Part shown: one piece after another, positions 15,901-23,770 of the stretch
Layout: each line of letters opens with the position of its first letter
How positions within the stretch are numbered: position 1 is the stretch's first letter
NCBI GenBank assembly: GCA_964511435.1
Contig: CAZEFH010000003.1
Coordinates: forward strand, 1,283-65,282
DNA: 64,000 bases
From: an uncultured Candidatus Saccharibacteria bacterium
Lineage (GTDB): Bacteria; Patescibacteriota; CPR2; UBA1875; CAIMLA01
Reading direction: 5' to 3'
Notes under the pieces: model-generated
Told to the model about the DNA's origin: nothing
Seen by the model: the letters and a program-made list of their open reading frames with translations, nothing else
Databases searched by the model: none
Position numbers and translations under genes: made by a program

Positions 15901-18189
15901 TTACTCTGCGAAACTATATAGAGTACCACTAGCAAAAGTGTAAATCACCTTTGCAGTGTCATCTGCGTAGACTGCAGAAGCTCCGGAGAAGGTGTCGCTG
16001 AGATATTCGCCAACATATTTACCCTCAGCATCAATACGAACGATACGTTTCTCGCTGGCTTCAGAAATGTATAGGCCAGTAGTGTCTTCATTGGTAAATA
16101 CATGTGTAGCTGCTTTGATGGTGATAGGCAGGTTGGAAAGCGAATATTCTTGTTTCTTGCCACCGAGATACTGAATAACTTCACCATTTGCCTTCATAGC
16201 GTATACGTTACTATCAATTGCTAGTGAGATTGCGCCAGCTACGTTGCTACCATCGTTAATATATTCACCCCGGGCGGAGTAACCAGTACTAGTCTTAGTT
16301 CTTTTGTATATTTTGCCATCACTAGTAAGGGTATATATATTAGTGGAAAAGGAGGCCATGGCAATAGCGTTTTCCATATCCCCGGCGATTGCCTGCTTTG
16401 TAAGTGTTAGATCCTTTGTATCAAATTCATAAACATTACCTTTGTCGGTATAGATTACGAGAGTTGACCGCACTGGCACAGCGGTGGCTGCAGTAATCTT
16501 GCCATCGATGCTTGGACTGTCGAGTACATTTGAACTTTCACCGCCATTGATGCTTACAGCAGCAATATTACCATTCGACTTACTTACCATATAGAGACTA
16601 TCATTGACCAGATATGGCCCGAATACATTCTCGCCGACGATACTTTTTACGTCAGCCATCTTGGTGGGGTTTGCGCGTGTTATTGAGAGGACTGTATCGA
16701 GGACGCTAGTTAGCTCTTTCTCAAGGGCAATTGCCTTGTCTTTATAATTTGCGTTCTTTTCGAGGCTTCTAGCAATATCGAGAGCGTTATTTAGAGTAGT
16801 TGCAGCACCGCTGCGGTCACCGCTATCTGCTTGACCCTTGCCGATTGTAAGCTTACTCTGAGCCTCGGTGTAACTTGCTTCAGCGAGTCTCTGGTCCTCG
16901 GCATTTTCCCGAATTCTCCAAACAGAAAAGACACTGACAACCAGTACTAGGAATACTGCCACAGCGACTATCAGCATAGACCGCTTGTTCTGATTAGTTT
17001 TTTTGAGCTTACTACTGAGGTTATCTTTGATTTTACCAGCTTTCGAAAAATCAATTTTTTCGAGCTTAAGCCACTTTGGCTTATTATCGGCTTCTTTGAT
17101 TCTGATAATGTTGTTGTTTTTAGGTGCATCTTCTACATAGGTGTTGGTGTGATCATTGATTTTGAGATCATCGATAGTTTCCTTTGCGGCTTCAACCTCA
17201 ACGACTTCCTTTGGCTGCTCGAAAATAACTGATGCTTCTTTTTTCTCTTTCTTCAGTTTCCCGCTCCTGGTGCCTCGAGCGACGTCGACGATAAAATCAT
17301 AAGTATCAAGCGTATGGTCGTGAATCCATGGCCACATCGTGGCGGTAACGAAACCGCCAAAAGCTGCGAGTCCTTTGCGAGTATAGAAAATAGCTTTTTG
17401 GACAAATGGGGCCGATGCCTCGATAGCGGTCTCAACAGGCTTATTGGGTTCAGCAAGCCAGACCTCATCCTGTATCTCGGTCAGCGTTTCCTCGGAGGCG
17501 GCCTCCGGAGTAATGCCTTCGATGATTAACAGCGAATTGGGCTGCAGGTCGGTACTGTTCCCTTCGAGCAGGTCAGCGATATGACTAATCGCTACCTTGG
17601 GCTGGAATTCTTCCACATAGCGCTGAAGCTCATCCTTGGAAATATGGTAAAAGACTCCAGGAGTGACAAAGACAACTTTATCTCCTTCTAGTAGATCAAA
17701 GATAACGAAGTTCTGAAATGTGCGTAGAGGATTAATGCTGTCGCCGTTCCCGTCTTTTGGAATCAGACTGTCTTTGCCCCCACGATAAAGATGGGCTTCG
17801 ACCTTGCCGGTCTGGGCAACATAGATACCTTCGTCGTTATGGACTGCTAGGATGGCGTGGAGATTGCCCATCCAGTGGATATTGCCATTGTGAGTGGCCT
17901 CAGCGAGCTCTTCATTCACTCTTGCGAGAGCCGCTTCAAAGCTAGCGGAGGCGTCTTTGGTTAGGTCCTGATAATATTCGCCATGAAAAGCATCGATGAT
18001 AAGCTCAGCGATTTCTTCGGCGCTCTCGGACGCAGCATTGACATTTACTAGGGCGTAAATCGAGCCATGGCCACGTTCATCTATATCGGCGGGGATGTGT
18101 TCATAGCTAGTAGCGATGCCTTGGTGTCGGCGACTACGCTTCGACTCGCTCAAAAGTTTTGCGGTTCTCGCAATGATTTTTTTCTGCAT
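15901..18189 (-). CDS. Membrane-anchored protein with an N-terminal PP2C-like (Ser/Thr phosphatase-like) cytoplasmic domain and a C-terminal beta-propeller-like extracellular domain
   Basis: 762 aa. The N-terminal region …IYALVNVNAAS…HWMGNLHAILAVHNDEGIYVAQTGKVEAHLYRGGK resembles the PP2C core (cf. GNKLYVANVGDSRA). There is a single TM helix (MLIVAVAVFLVLVVSVFSVW). The C-terminal 300 aa have repetitive beta-strand-like repeats. Confidence 0.4.
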   Translation of the reverse strand: MQKKIIARTAKLLSESKRSRRHQGIATSYEHIPADIDERGHGSIYALVNVNAASESAEEIAELIIDAFHGEYYQDLTKDASASFEAALARVNEELAEATHNGNIHWMGNLHAILAVHNDEGIYVAQTGKVEAHLYRGGKDSLIPKDGNGDSINPLRTFQNFVIFDLLEGDKVVFVTPGVFYHISKDELQRYVEEFQPKVAISHIADLLEGNSTDLQPNSLLIIEGITPEAASEETLTEIQDEVWLAEPNKPVETAIEASAPFVQKAIFYTRKGLAAFGGFVTATMWPWIHDHTLDTYDFIVDVARGTRSGKLKKEKKEASVIFEQPKEVVEVEAAKETIDDLKINDHTNTYVEDAPKNNNIIRIKEADNKPKWLKLEKIDFSKAGKIKDNLSSKLKKTNQNKRSMLIVAVAVFLVLVVSVFSVWRIRENAEDQRLAEASYTEAQSKLTIGKGQADSGDRSGAATTLNNALDIARSLEKNANYKDKAIALEKELTSVLDTVLSITRANPTKMADVKSIVGENVFGPYLVNDSLYMVSKSNGNIAAVSINGGESSNVLDSPSIDGKITAATAVPVRSTLVIYTDKGNVYEFDTKDLTLTKQAIAGDMENAIAMASFSTNIYTLTSDGKIYKRTKTSTGYSARGEYINDGSNVAGAISLAIDSNVYAMKANGEVIQYLGGKKQEYSLSNLPITIKAATHVFTNEDTTGLYISEASEKRIVRIDAEGKYVGEYLSDTFSGASAVYADDTAKVIYTFASGTLYSFAE

Positions 18190-18373
18190 TTATTAGGCCT
18201 TAATACTTAGGAAACTATAACACTTTCTGCTATCGTTGGCAAATATTTCGATTGCTATATTTTCCTTGTAATGGAGAAGAAAAAGTGTAAGATAGTGTCA
18301 TGTTTCTCACGTAGAAATGCACCGCGTCTACGGACGCTACATCATCCAACTACTGTAGAGGGGTAGGATCATC

Positions 18374-19291
18374 ATGTATAACGGACACCGCATGGTTTGT
18401 GAGGATGGTTGGTACGTCCAGACAGGCCGGGATGGAGTCCGGTTTGGTTATGGCGACCCTGTTCTCGACGAAGAGGATTCCATCTTGCTCGTGCCATTTC
18501 TGGTCGAGTTGTTCGTCCTCAGGCAGGACTACGTCAGGGACTTCCTCGATGCCACCAGTACTGCGAACCACGATGACTATGTTCTGCATCGACTCGTCCT
18601 GAGTCGACAGACAAGAGGAAGTCATCCCTATCACTATCTTGTGATTCAGAGGACGCGCGGAGAGGACTACCTCTTCGGTTTTACGGGCTCTGAATCTCGC
18701 AAGCTTAAGGAGGGACGCGATCGGTGTATCGTGATTCCGGGGAAGGCGTTGAAGCAGATCGCTGCCTCTGGATCTCGCTTGATTCAGGGGATTGGCTACA
18801 GGGCCACTATCGACGATGTCGACTGGAGGCTTTACGGTCATCTCCTGGTATCTAGTCCTGACGAAGGTCCTCGCAGGCCGGGACGAGTCCGGTTCTACCT
18901 GAATGATCACTCGGTGGTCATCAAGACGAAGCCGGATGGTCCTTGGCCGGAGCTGTGGCTGGCTGACAAAGAGGTTCTGCTTCGGGTCTTCCACGACTTC
19001 TCTCATCTTGGGGGCGCTGACAGCGTGAAGATCAGTGAGGTCTGGGACTCCGATAGCTTGCCAGTCACCTATTCGTATGTCATCAAGGGCTTCGGTGGCG
19101 AGTTCACACTCGAGCTCAGTGCAGTCATCCAGGAGGAGAGCGTCAGAAGCGCTATTATCCAGGGGGACTATGAGCTCTTTGATCACCTTGAGAATCTTCT
19201 CGAGATGTTCTGGGATCTCAGCTGCTACTCAGATGACTACAGCTTCAGCGACTACGATGACGACGACGGAGATGTCAGGTCACAGATCTAG
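18374..19291 (+). CDS. Hypothetical protein (GC-rich islet), acidic C-terminal tail
   Basis: 305-aa ORF in a 55-60% GC segment. The + frame has GC-biased third positions and evenly spread aromatics. It ends DYDDDDGDVRSQI. The overlapping minus-strand ORF 18350..19186 is judged antisense noise. Confidence 0.45.
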   Translation: MYNGHRMVCEDGWYVQTGRDGVRFGYGDPVLDEEDSILLVPFLVELFVLRQDYVRDFLDATSTANHDDYVLHRLVLSRQTRGSHPYHYLVIQRTRGEDYLFGFTGSESRKLKEGRDRCIVIPGKALKQIAASGSRLIQGIGYRATIDDVDWRLYGHLLVSSPDEGPRRPGRVRFYLNDHSVVIKTKPDGPWPELWLADKEVLLRVFHDFSHLGGADSVKISEVWDSDSLPVTYSYVIKGFGGEFTLELSAVIQEESVRSAIIQGDYELFDHLENLLEMFWDLSCYSDDYSFSDYDDDDGDVRSQI

Positions 19292-19300
19292 GGAGGAGCT

Positions 19301-19429
19301 ATGACTGAGCAGGCCGCGAACACTATCGGCTACATCGTCCTCGGTGGTTTGGGAGTCTTGCTCCTCTTGATGGCTGCGGTCTTCAAGGTCGGCAAGGGTG
19401 CCCAGAAGTTCTACAAGAATCTCGACTGA
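19301..19429 (+). CDS. Small hydrophobic peptide (42 aa, single TM)
   Basis: An RBS (gggaggag) lies 5 nt upstream of the ATG. The product is MTEQAANTIGYIVLGGLGVLLLLMAAVFKVGKGAQKFYKNLD. GC-rich, like the preceding gene. Confidence 0.4.
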   Translation: MTEQAANTIGYIVLGGLGVLLLLMAAVFKVGKGAQKFYKNLD

Positions 19430-19440
19430 GAGGGGGAGAC

Positions 19441-19677
19441 ATGTTCGTTTCGAATGGAGCAGCAACCACGATCGTTGTTGCTGCGGTTGTCGGTCTGGTG
19501 CTTCTAAGCTCGGCCATCCTCAAGGGTGTTTTCTGGGAAGAGAACATCGAGGAGCTCACGGGTGAGTCCCCGACTCAGCGCCATGGCGCCCAGGAGGAGA
19601 TCGATCTGGGTCAGGCCTTCGCCGTCGAGAATGGCCGCGACCCAATCATCACGACCCCAGCCCTGCCCTGGCAGTAG
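19441..19677 (+). CDS. Small membrane protein (78 aa, N-terminal TM)
   Basis: An RBS (gagggggag) lies upstream. The N-terminus is hydrophobic (VVAAVVGLVLLSSAIL). GC-rich. Confidence 0.4.
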   Translation: MFVSNGAATTIVVAAVVGLVLLSSAILKGVFWEENIEELTGESPTQRHGAQEEIDLGQAFAVENGRDPIITTPALPWQ

Positions 19678-19713
19678 TTCGTGCCTTTCCTGGGAACAGG
19701 GAAAGTATTACGG

Positions 19714-19751
19714 AACCGGCCAGTCGCGTACCAGCGACGGGCCGGTTTTTC
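19714..19751 (+). terminator. Rho-independent terminator closing the GC-rich three-gene cassette
   Basis: accggccagtcgcgtaccagcgacgggccggttttt: a GC-rich hairpin followed by a T5 run. Confidence 0.7.
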
Positions 19752-19797
19752 GTTTGTCTACTAGAATCATATTTTTAGATAAATTAGTATACAGAGT

Positions 19798-20046
19798 ATG
19801 TATACAGAAATTAATGAAACTGTGAAAATGCTAGCACTTTTTAACAACGGAAGTGTTATTCCGCAGAAATTCCGCTGGCACAACCGTGACTATGTCGTGA
19901 AAGAGGTTAGTCTGGCATACCAGCAGCGTGAGGGTCGCTCTGTTAATTATTATTTCAGTATCGAGACCACGGATGGTGGTGTTTTTAAAATCTGTTATAA
20001 CGATGAAGGTTTGGATTGGAAACTACTCGAGATTTGGAATCAGTAA
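19798..20046 (+). CDS. Hypothetical small protein (82 aa)
   Basis: AT-rich ORF MYTEINETVKMLALFNNGSV… sitting between two GC-rich segments. No recognisable motif. Confidence 0.4.
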   Translation: MYTEINETVKMLALFNNGSVIPQKFRWHNRDYVVKEVSLAYQQREGRSVNYYFSIETTDGGVFKICYNDEGLDWKLLEIWNQ

Positions 20047-20121
20047 TACTGTATTGAAAGAGTGGTAATTTTAAGGTAAAATGCCAGCGTCAGTCCATAG
20101 ATCGAAGGGTGGTGAAGTGAT

Positions 20122-20529
20122 ATGTCTAGAATTATCGGAGACCTCCGTCTCCCGGTACGGCGTATCCGCTACTATCCTGAAGCTAGGGCAGAAGTGGTTA
20201 TTGCCTACCCTAGTCGAGTGCGGGAGTGGGTTCCGGGCGAGAAAGTCACCTTCTGGGCAGAGTATTCTCGGAGCAGGAGGCGTCGGGGGTCGTTCTATGT
20301 TGCTCGCGATGAGCACGACGCCATGATCACGAGTGCCGTGGTGGTCCCCAACATCCGTGAGTTTACCTACGTGGTAACTGTGTCGAAGCTTTTCGGCACT
20401 GTTGGGATGGGGACGGCTGAGGTCATCAAGTTCTATGAGAATCAGTTCTCAGGTGACCGGCAGGCTAAGGTGTCGCAGTTCGGCCTTCTCGTTCTCGAGT
20501 TTCGGATTGTGGATAGCCGCTACCTCTAG
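20122..20529 (+). CDS. Hypothetical protein (GC-rich islet), 135 aa
   Basis: The ORF has GC-rich third positions (MSRIIGDLRLPVRRIRYYPEARAEVV…). Its stop codon lies inside a perfect 15-bp palindrome. Confidence 0.4.
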   Translation: MSRIIGDLRLPVRRIRYYPEARAEVVIAYPSRVREWVPGEKVTFWAEYSRSRRRRGSFYVARDEHDAMITSAVVVPNIREFTYVVTVSKLFGTVGMGTAEVIKFYENQFSGDRQAKVSQFGLLVLEFRIVDSRYL

Positions 20530-20556
20530 TGGGGCCCCGCTGGGGCCCCACTAGAG
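20524..20556. repeat. Perfect GC-rich palindrome / hairpin (15-bp stem, 3-nt loop)
   Basis: ctctagtggggcccc-gct-ggggccccactagag. No T-run follows. It lies between the GC-rich ORF and dinB. Confidence 0.8.
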
Positions 20557-20615
20557 AAAGAGAAGCTATAATCTGTATACTACTATTGTACACCAATCGG
20601 GTGTACAATTTTTAT

Positions 20616-21827
20616 ATGCGTAAGATTCTTCACATTGATATGAATAGTTACTTTGCTACAGTCGAACAGCAGGCTAATCCTAAGCTTCGTGGCAAGCCAG
20701 TGGCTGTCCTTGGAAGCAAGGCGAAGCGGAGCATTATTGTAGCTGCAAGTATCGAGGCGAAGAAATATGGCGTCAAAACTGGCACCAGGATAGAGGAGGC
20801 ACCCAGGCTATGCCCGGAGATTATCTTTGTGCATGGAGAACCGCGTAAGTATTCTTGGGTAACGAAGAAATTTATTGAAATATTCGAAGACTACACTGAC
20901 AAAGTGGAGATATTTTCGATTGATGAGTGTTTCCTCGATGTCACCGCCACAGAGCGTATTTATGGTGGGGCGGAGAGAATCGCTCGTGAGATTAAGCGGC
21001 GAATTCGCGAAGAAATTGGCCAGAATATTTCTTGTTCTGTTGGTATTGCGCAGAACAAATTCCTGGCAAAGCTCGGTAGTGACATGCAGAAACCGGATGG
21101 ACTAACGATATTTACATCAGAAAATACTGACAAAATCCTGCTTACAACACCGCTACGAGATTTTTGTGGCATTGGTAGTCGAATCCACGCGCGACTTGGT
21201 GCTCTCGGCATTGAAACCGTAGAAGAGCTTCGAAAATACCCGAATAATTTACTAGCGAAAGAATTCGGTATAGCGACGGGAGAAAAACTGAAGCGAATGT
21301 CGTATGGGATGGATAACTCTCCAGTGACTAGCTGGCACGAGCGGGCTGATGCGAAATCTTATGGCCACTCAAGAACGCTGAATAAAAATATCACCGACCG
21401 AGAGGAAATTAAAAAGCATATCCTGTTACTATCCGAGAAGATAGCCTCAAGGATGCGCAAAGACGGGATGATGGGGCGTGAGATCGGTCTCTGGCTACGT
21501 TATGGTGATTTCGGGGGTACTGGTGAGAGACATCGTGGTAGTCAGTGGACGCACGACGGTCTGGAAATCTATGAATCTGCGGTTCGGATTTTGAGTAAGA
21601 TATCTTTACGTGCGCCAGTTAGGGCAATCGGAGTCTATGTTGCCGGGATCCAAAATGAGAAGAATGTTCCACGCAGTCTGTTACTTGCCGATAAAACTAA
21701 TGACAAGATTCTGGCGGCAATGGATGCGGTCAATGGTCGTTTTGGTGAAACTGTCTTGACCAGAGCTCGTCTGGCTGGGACGAAGATCAAAGAAGTGGTT
21801 TCGGGGATGGGAAGGGATAAATTTTGA
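20616..21827 (+). CDS. dinB: DNA polymerase IV (Y-family translesion polymerase)
   Basis: The start is revised to ATG 20616 (MRKILHIDMNSYFATVEQQANPKLRGKPVAV…). It contains the Y-family motifs SIDECFLD and GIGSRIHARL. 403 aa. Confidence 0.85.
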   Translation: MRKILHIDMNSYFATVEQQANPKLRGKPVAVLGSKAKRSIIVAASIEAKKYGVKTGTRIEEAPRLCPEIIFVHGEPRKYSWVTKKFIEIFEDYTDKVEIFSIDECFLDVTATERIYGGAERIAREIKRRIREEIGQNISCSVGIAQNKFLAKLGSDMQKPDGLTIFTSENTDKILLTTPLRDFCGIGSRIHARLGALGIETVEELRKYPNNLLAKEFGIATGEKLKRMSYGMDNSPVTSWHERADAKSYGHSRTLNKNITDREEIKKHILLLSEKIASRMRKDGMMGREIGLWLRYGDFGGTGERHRGSQWTHDGLEIYESAVRILSKISLRAPVRAIGVYVAGIQNEKNVPRSLLLADKTNDKILAAMDAVNGRFGETVLTRARLAGTKIKEVVSGMGRDKF

Positions 21828-21829
21828 GG

Positions 21830-21858
21830 TTGACACATCTAGTCTAGAATAATATATT
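21830..21858 (+). promoter_or_regulatory. Consensus sigma70-like promoter (TTGACA-17-TATATT) driving non-coding unit A
   Basis: ttgaca catctagtctagaataa tatatt lies immediately after the dinB stop. No ORF follows. Confidence 0.5.
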
Positions 21859-21865
21859 TTAGCTA

Positions 21866-22394
21866 CGCTGAAAGGCTCCTTTACTCGGGAGGGGCCAGAT
21901 TAAGCTGAAAGCGCAGCACCTGACCGTTCCATCCCTTCCTTGCGATGCACACGCGTAGTAAGTGACCCGGGTGAACGTGCTGGAAAATGTTGATAGTTGC
22001 AAGGTCAACGTCTGTCCCGAGTAGGCGGGTTCCTTGCAGAATAGACCTGTGCAGGGTAGTAGGCGGTGGTAACGAACGTTGTGGCCACGCAAACTGAGGG
22101 AGATTACCCATCCCGGTAATCCCTACCTCTACTGCATACAGGTTTAGTCTCGGTGGGAGTTTGTAGCTCCTTGTACACACCGTACCGAGGCGGGCCATCT
22201 GGAGAGCCTCCGAGTGTCGTTTCCTCGGGAATTCCAGCCGTGTCGGTTACTTCCGACACGTTTCCCTCGTCCGAAAGGACGGTCTCCCATGCGCAAGTGA
22301 AGCACTGGAGAGTCACGGGGGAATGCCGGCAGAGATTGTCGACCGTTAGAAATGGTCGACTTACCCGTACTTAGGGCCTGCCGGCCTCTTCTTT
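21866..22394 (+). ncRNA. Candidate structured non-coding RNA A (about 530 nt, GC-rich), identity unknown
   Basis: About 58% GC with no ORF longer than 105 aa in any frame; the short ORF translations are not protein-like. It is bounded by the promoter above and by hairpins (gtcgaccgttagaaatggtcgac; ggcc-tgcc-ggcc followed by tcttcttttatt). The segment gaaaggacggtctcccatgcgcaagtg loosely resembles the RNase P P4/CR-I region, but the match is insufficient to call it. Confidence 0.35.
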
Positions 22395-22396
22395 TA

Positions 22397-22425
22397 TTGA
22401 CAACAAGCTAAATGTTTGATAATAT
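22397..22425 (+). promoter_or_regulatory. Consensus sigma70-like promoter (TTGACA-17-TAATAT) driving non-coding unit B
   Basis: ttgaca acaagctaaatgtttga taatat. No ORF follows. Confidence 0.5.
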
Positions 22426-22432
22426 CTCATAT

Positions 22433-22972
22433 CGGTATGCCCACTAGGTGTGCCATTTTACATGTCAGCGAAAGCTCAAGCCGATGTTAGTAGTCGGCAA
22501 GCACCGTACCGAAAAGGCCCGCTACAAGGTGGTGATGAATGCTCTGAGAGTGCTCTCGGTTCATTTGACACCATTAGGGTACTGCCGACCTTGAGGGGGA
22601 GGAGATAGTACGGGGGAGTATAGGTGAGAATCCTATCGCTGACGCCAAATACTCTACGCCAGATGGCGTTGTACCACATATTTACCCCAAACCCATGGGA
22701 ACATACCATGGATGATGGGACTACCACCCCCAGCAATTCCTGAAGAGTAAAGGGCATAGCTGCAGAATGTAGCGAACCCGGGTGGTAGTATGAGTGTCCT
22801 CAACCGGCGCAAGCCGTGAGGACCTGCCTACCGAGGGCTTCGGCATCTCGGTGGCAAGGTGCGAACCACGTCCAGTGAAGATTCGCACCTGGCCCCTGCG
22901 GGCCTTCGTAGCGTCCCTCCAAGTCAGAGCGGAGACGTTGCGAAGGTCCAACGGGGCCTTTCGCTTTTATTT
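22433..22972 (+). ncRNA. Candidate structured non-coding RNA B (about 540 nt, GC-rich), identity unknown
   Basis: About 57% GC and non-coding in all frames. It ends at a hairpin followed by a T-run (gcgaaggtccaacggggcctttcgc ttttattt). It contains GGUGCG…UUCGCACC and CGAAAAGGCCCGCUACAAGGUGG, which loosely recall RNase P P12 and CR-I but are not convincing. Confidence 0.35.
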
Positions 22973-23698
22973 AGTAGGTTTTTCAGCAATAACATTAAGA
23001 TTTCGAGTTTTGCGGTAAAAATTATAGATTTGAACGTTAGAAAAACCTGCATTTGTGATTGATTTTTTCAATTCTCTTATAGTCCAAGCATGGAAATACC
23101 TTTTTGTGACCAGCTTGCCAGTACTAAGTTTCCAAGGACGATAAAAGTCGCCGAAGTGAAGACTATTATTACTAAAAAATGATTTAACGATTCTTTTCAA
23201 ATACTCGGTTTTATTCCAAAAATACCATGTTTCAACGAATGCCCAGCCCTCAGGCTTTGTAACTCTGTACATTTCGTCCAAGAATTTTTGCCTGGTCTCC
23301 TTAGAGGGTATGTGATGGATTGTTGCAATTGAAACTACGATATTGAAGGTATCCGATTGATAAGGAAGGTTTGTAGCATCACCGACAAGAAAATGAGCTT
23401 TTGGGTACTTCTTCTTTGCAATCCTGATAAGTTCTTCGCTTATGTCTATACCATAGTATTCAATTTCGCGGTCAATAAACATTTCGGAAACGCGTCCGGC
23501 ACCACATCCTATGTCTAATACCTTGAGTGTTTTATTTTTCGGAAATTTCTGCAGAATATCATTTAGTGTTTCTGTGACTTCTATCCAATTATATTTTCGG
23601 GTACTCGCAAACTGCTCGGCGATTAGGTTATAATCATCTCTAGTCTTTAGTATTAATTTTTCAGCAATCTCTTTTTTCATGTATTGTTCCTTCGTCAT
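22967..23698 (-). CDS. Class I SAM-dependent methyltransferase
   Basis: VLDIGCGAGRVSEMF (motif I), then FLVGDATNLPYQSDTFNIVVS. 243 aa. Confidence 0.65.
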   Translation of the reverse strand: MTKEQYMKKEIAEKLILKTRDDYNLIAEQFASTRKYNWIEVTETLNDILQKFPKNKTLKVLDIGCGAGRVSEMFIDREIEYYGIDISEELIRIAKKKYPKAHFLVGDATNLPYQSDTFNIVVSIATIHHIPSKETRQKFLDEMYRVTKPEGWAFVETWYFWNKTEYLKRIVKSFFSNNSLHFGDFYRPWKLSTGKLVTKRYFHAWTIRELKKSITNAGFSNVQIYNFYRKTRNLNVIAEKPTK

Positions 23699-23770
23699 TC
23701 TGAACAGAGTGAAGAATCTAGATACTCCGGGGTTCCTGGATCCTTCGTTTCACTCAGGATGACGATAAAA

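Noticed and set aside
18350-19186. 278-aa minus-strand ORF overlapping the 305-aa + strand ORF
   Set aside because: It is the antisense frame of a GC-rich gene. The + frame has coherent GC-biased third positions, well-distributed aromatics and downstream co-directional small genes plus a terminator. The minus ORF is kept only as an alternative.
21859-22951. Several 70-105-aa ORFs on both strands inside the GC-rich non-coding region
   Set aside because: Translations are not protein-like and there are no RBSs. The frames are staggered and discontinuous, as expected for random GC-rich sequence. The region is better explained as RNA or decayed DNA.
21866-22972. Possible RNase P RNA
   Set aside because: Only loose matches to CR-I (GGAAAGUCCGGGCUCC) and P12-like GGUGCG…CGCACC. 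I could not find the complementary P4 3' strand (ACAGAAnCCGGCUUA) or a consistent fold. It is left as 'unknown structured RNA' pending a covariance-model search.
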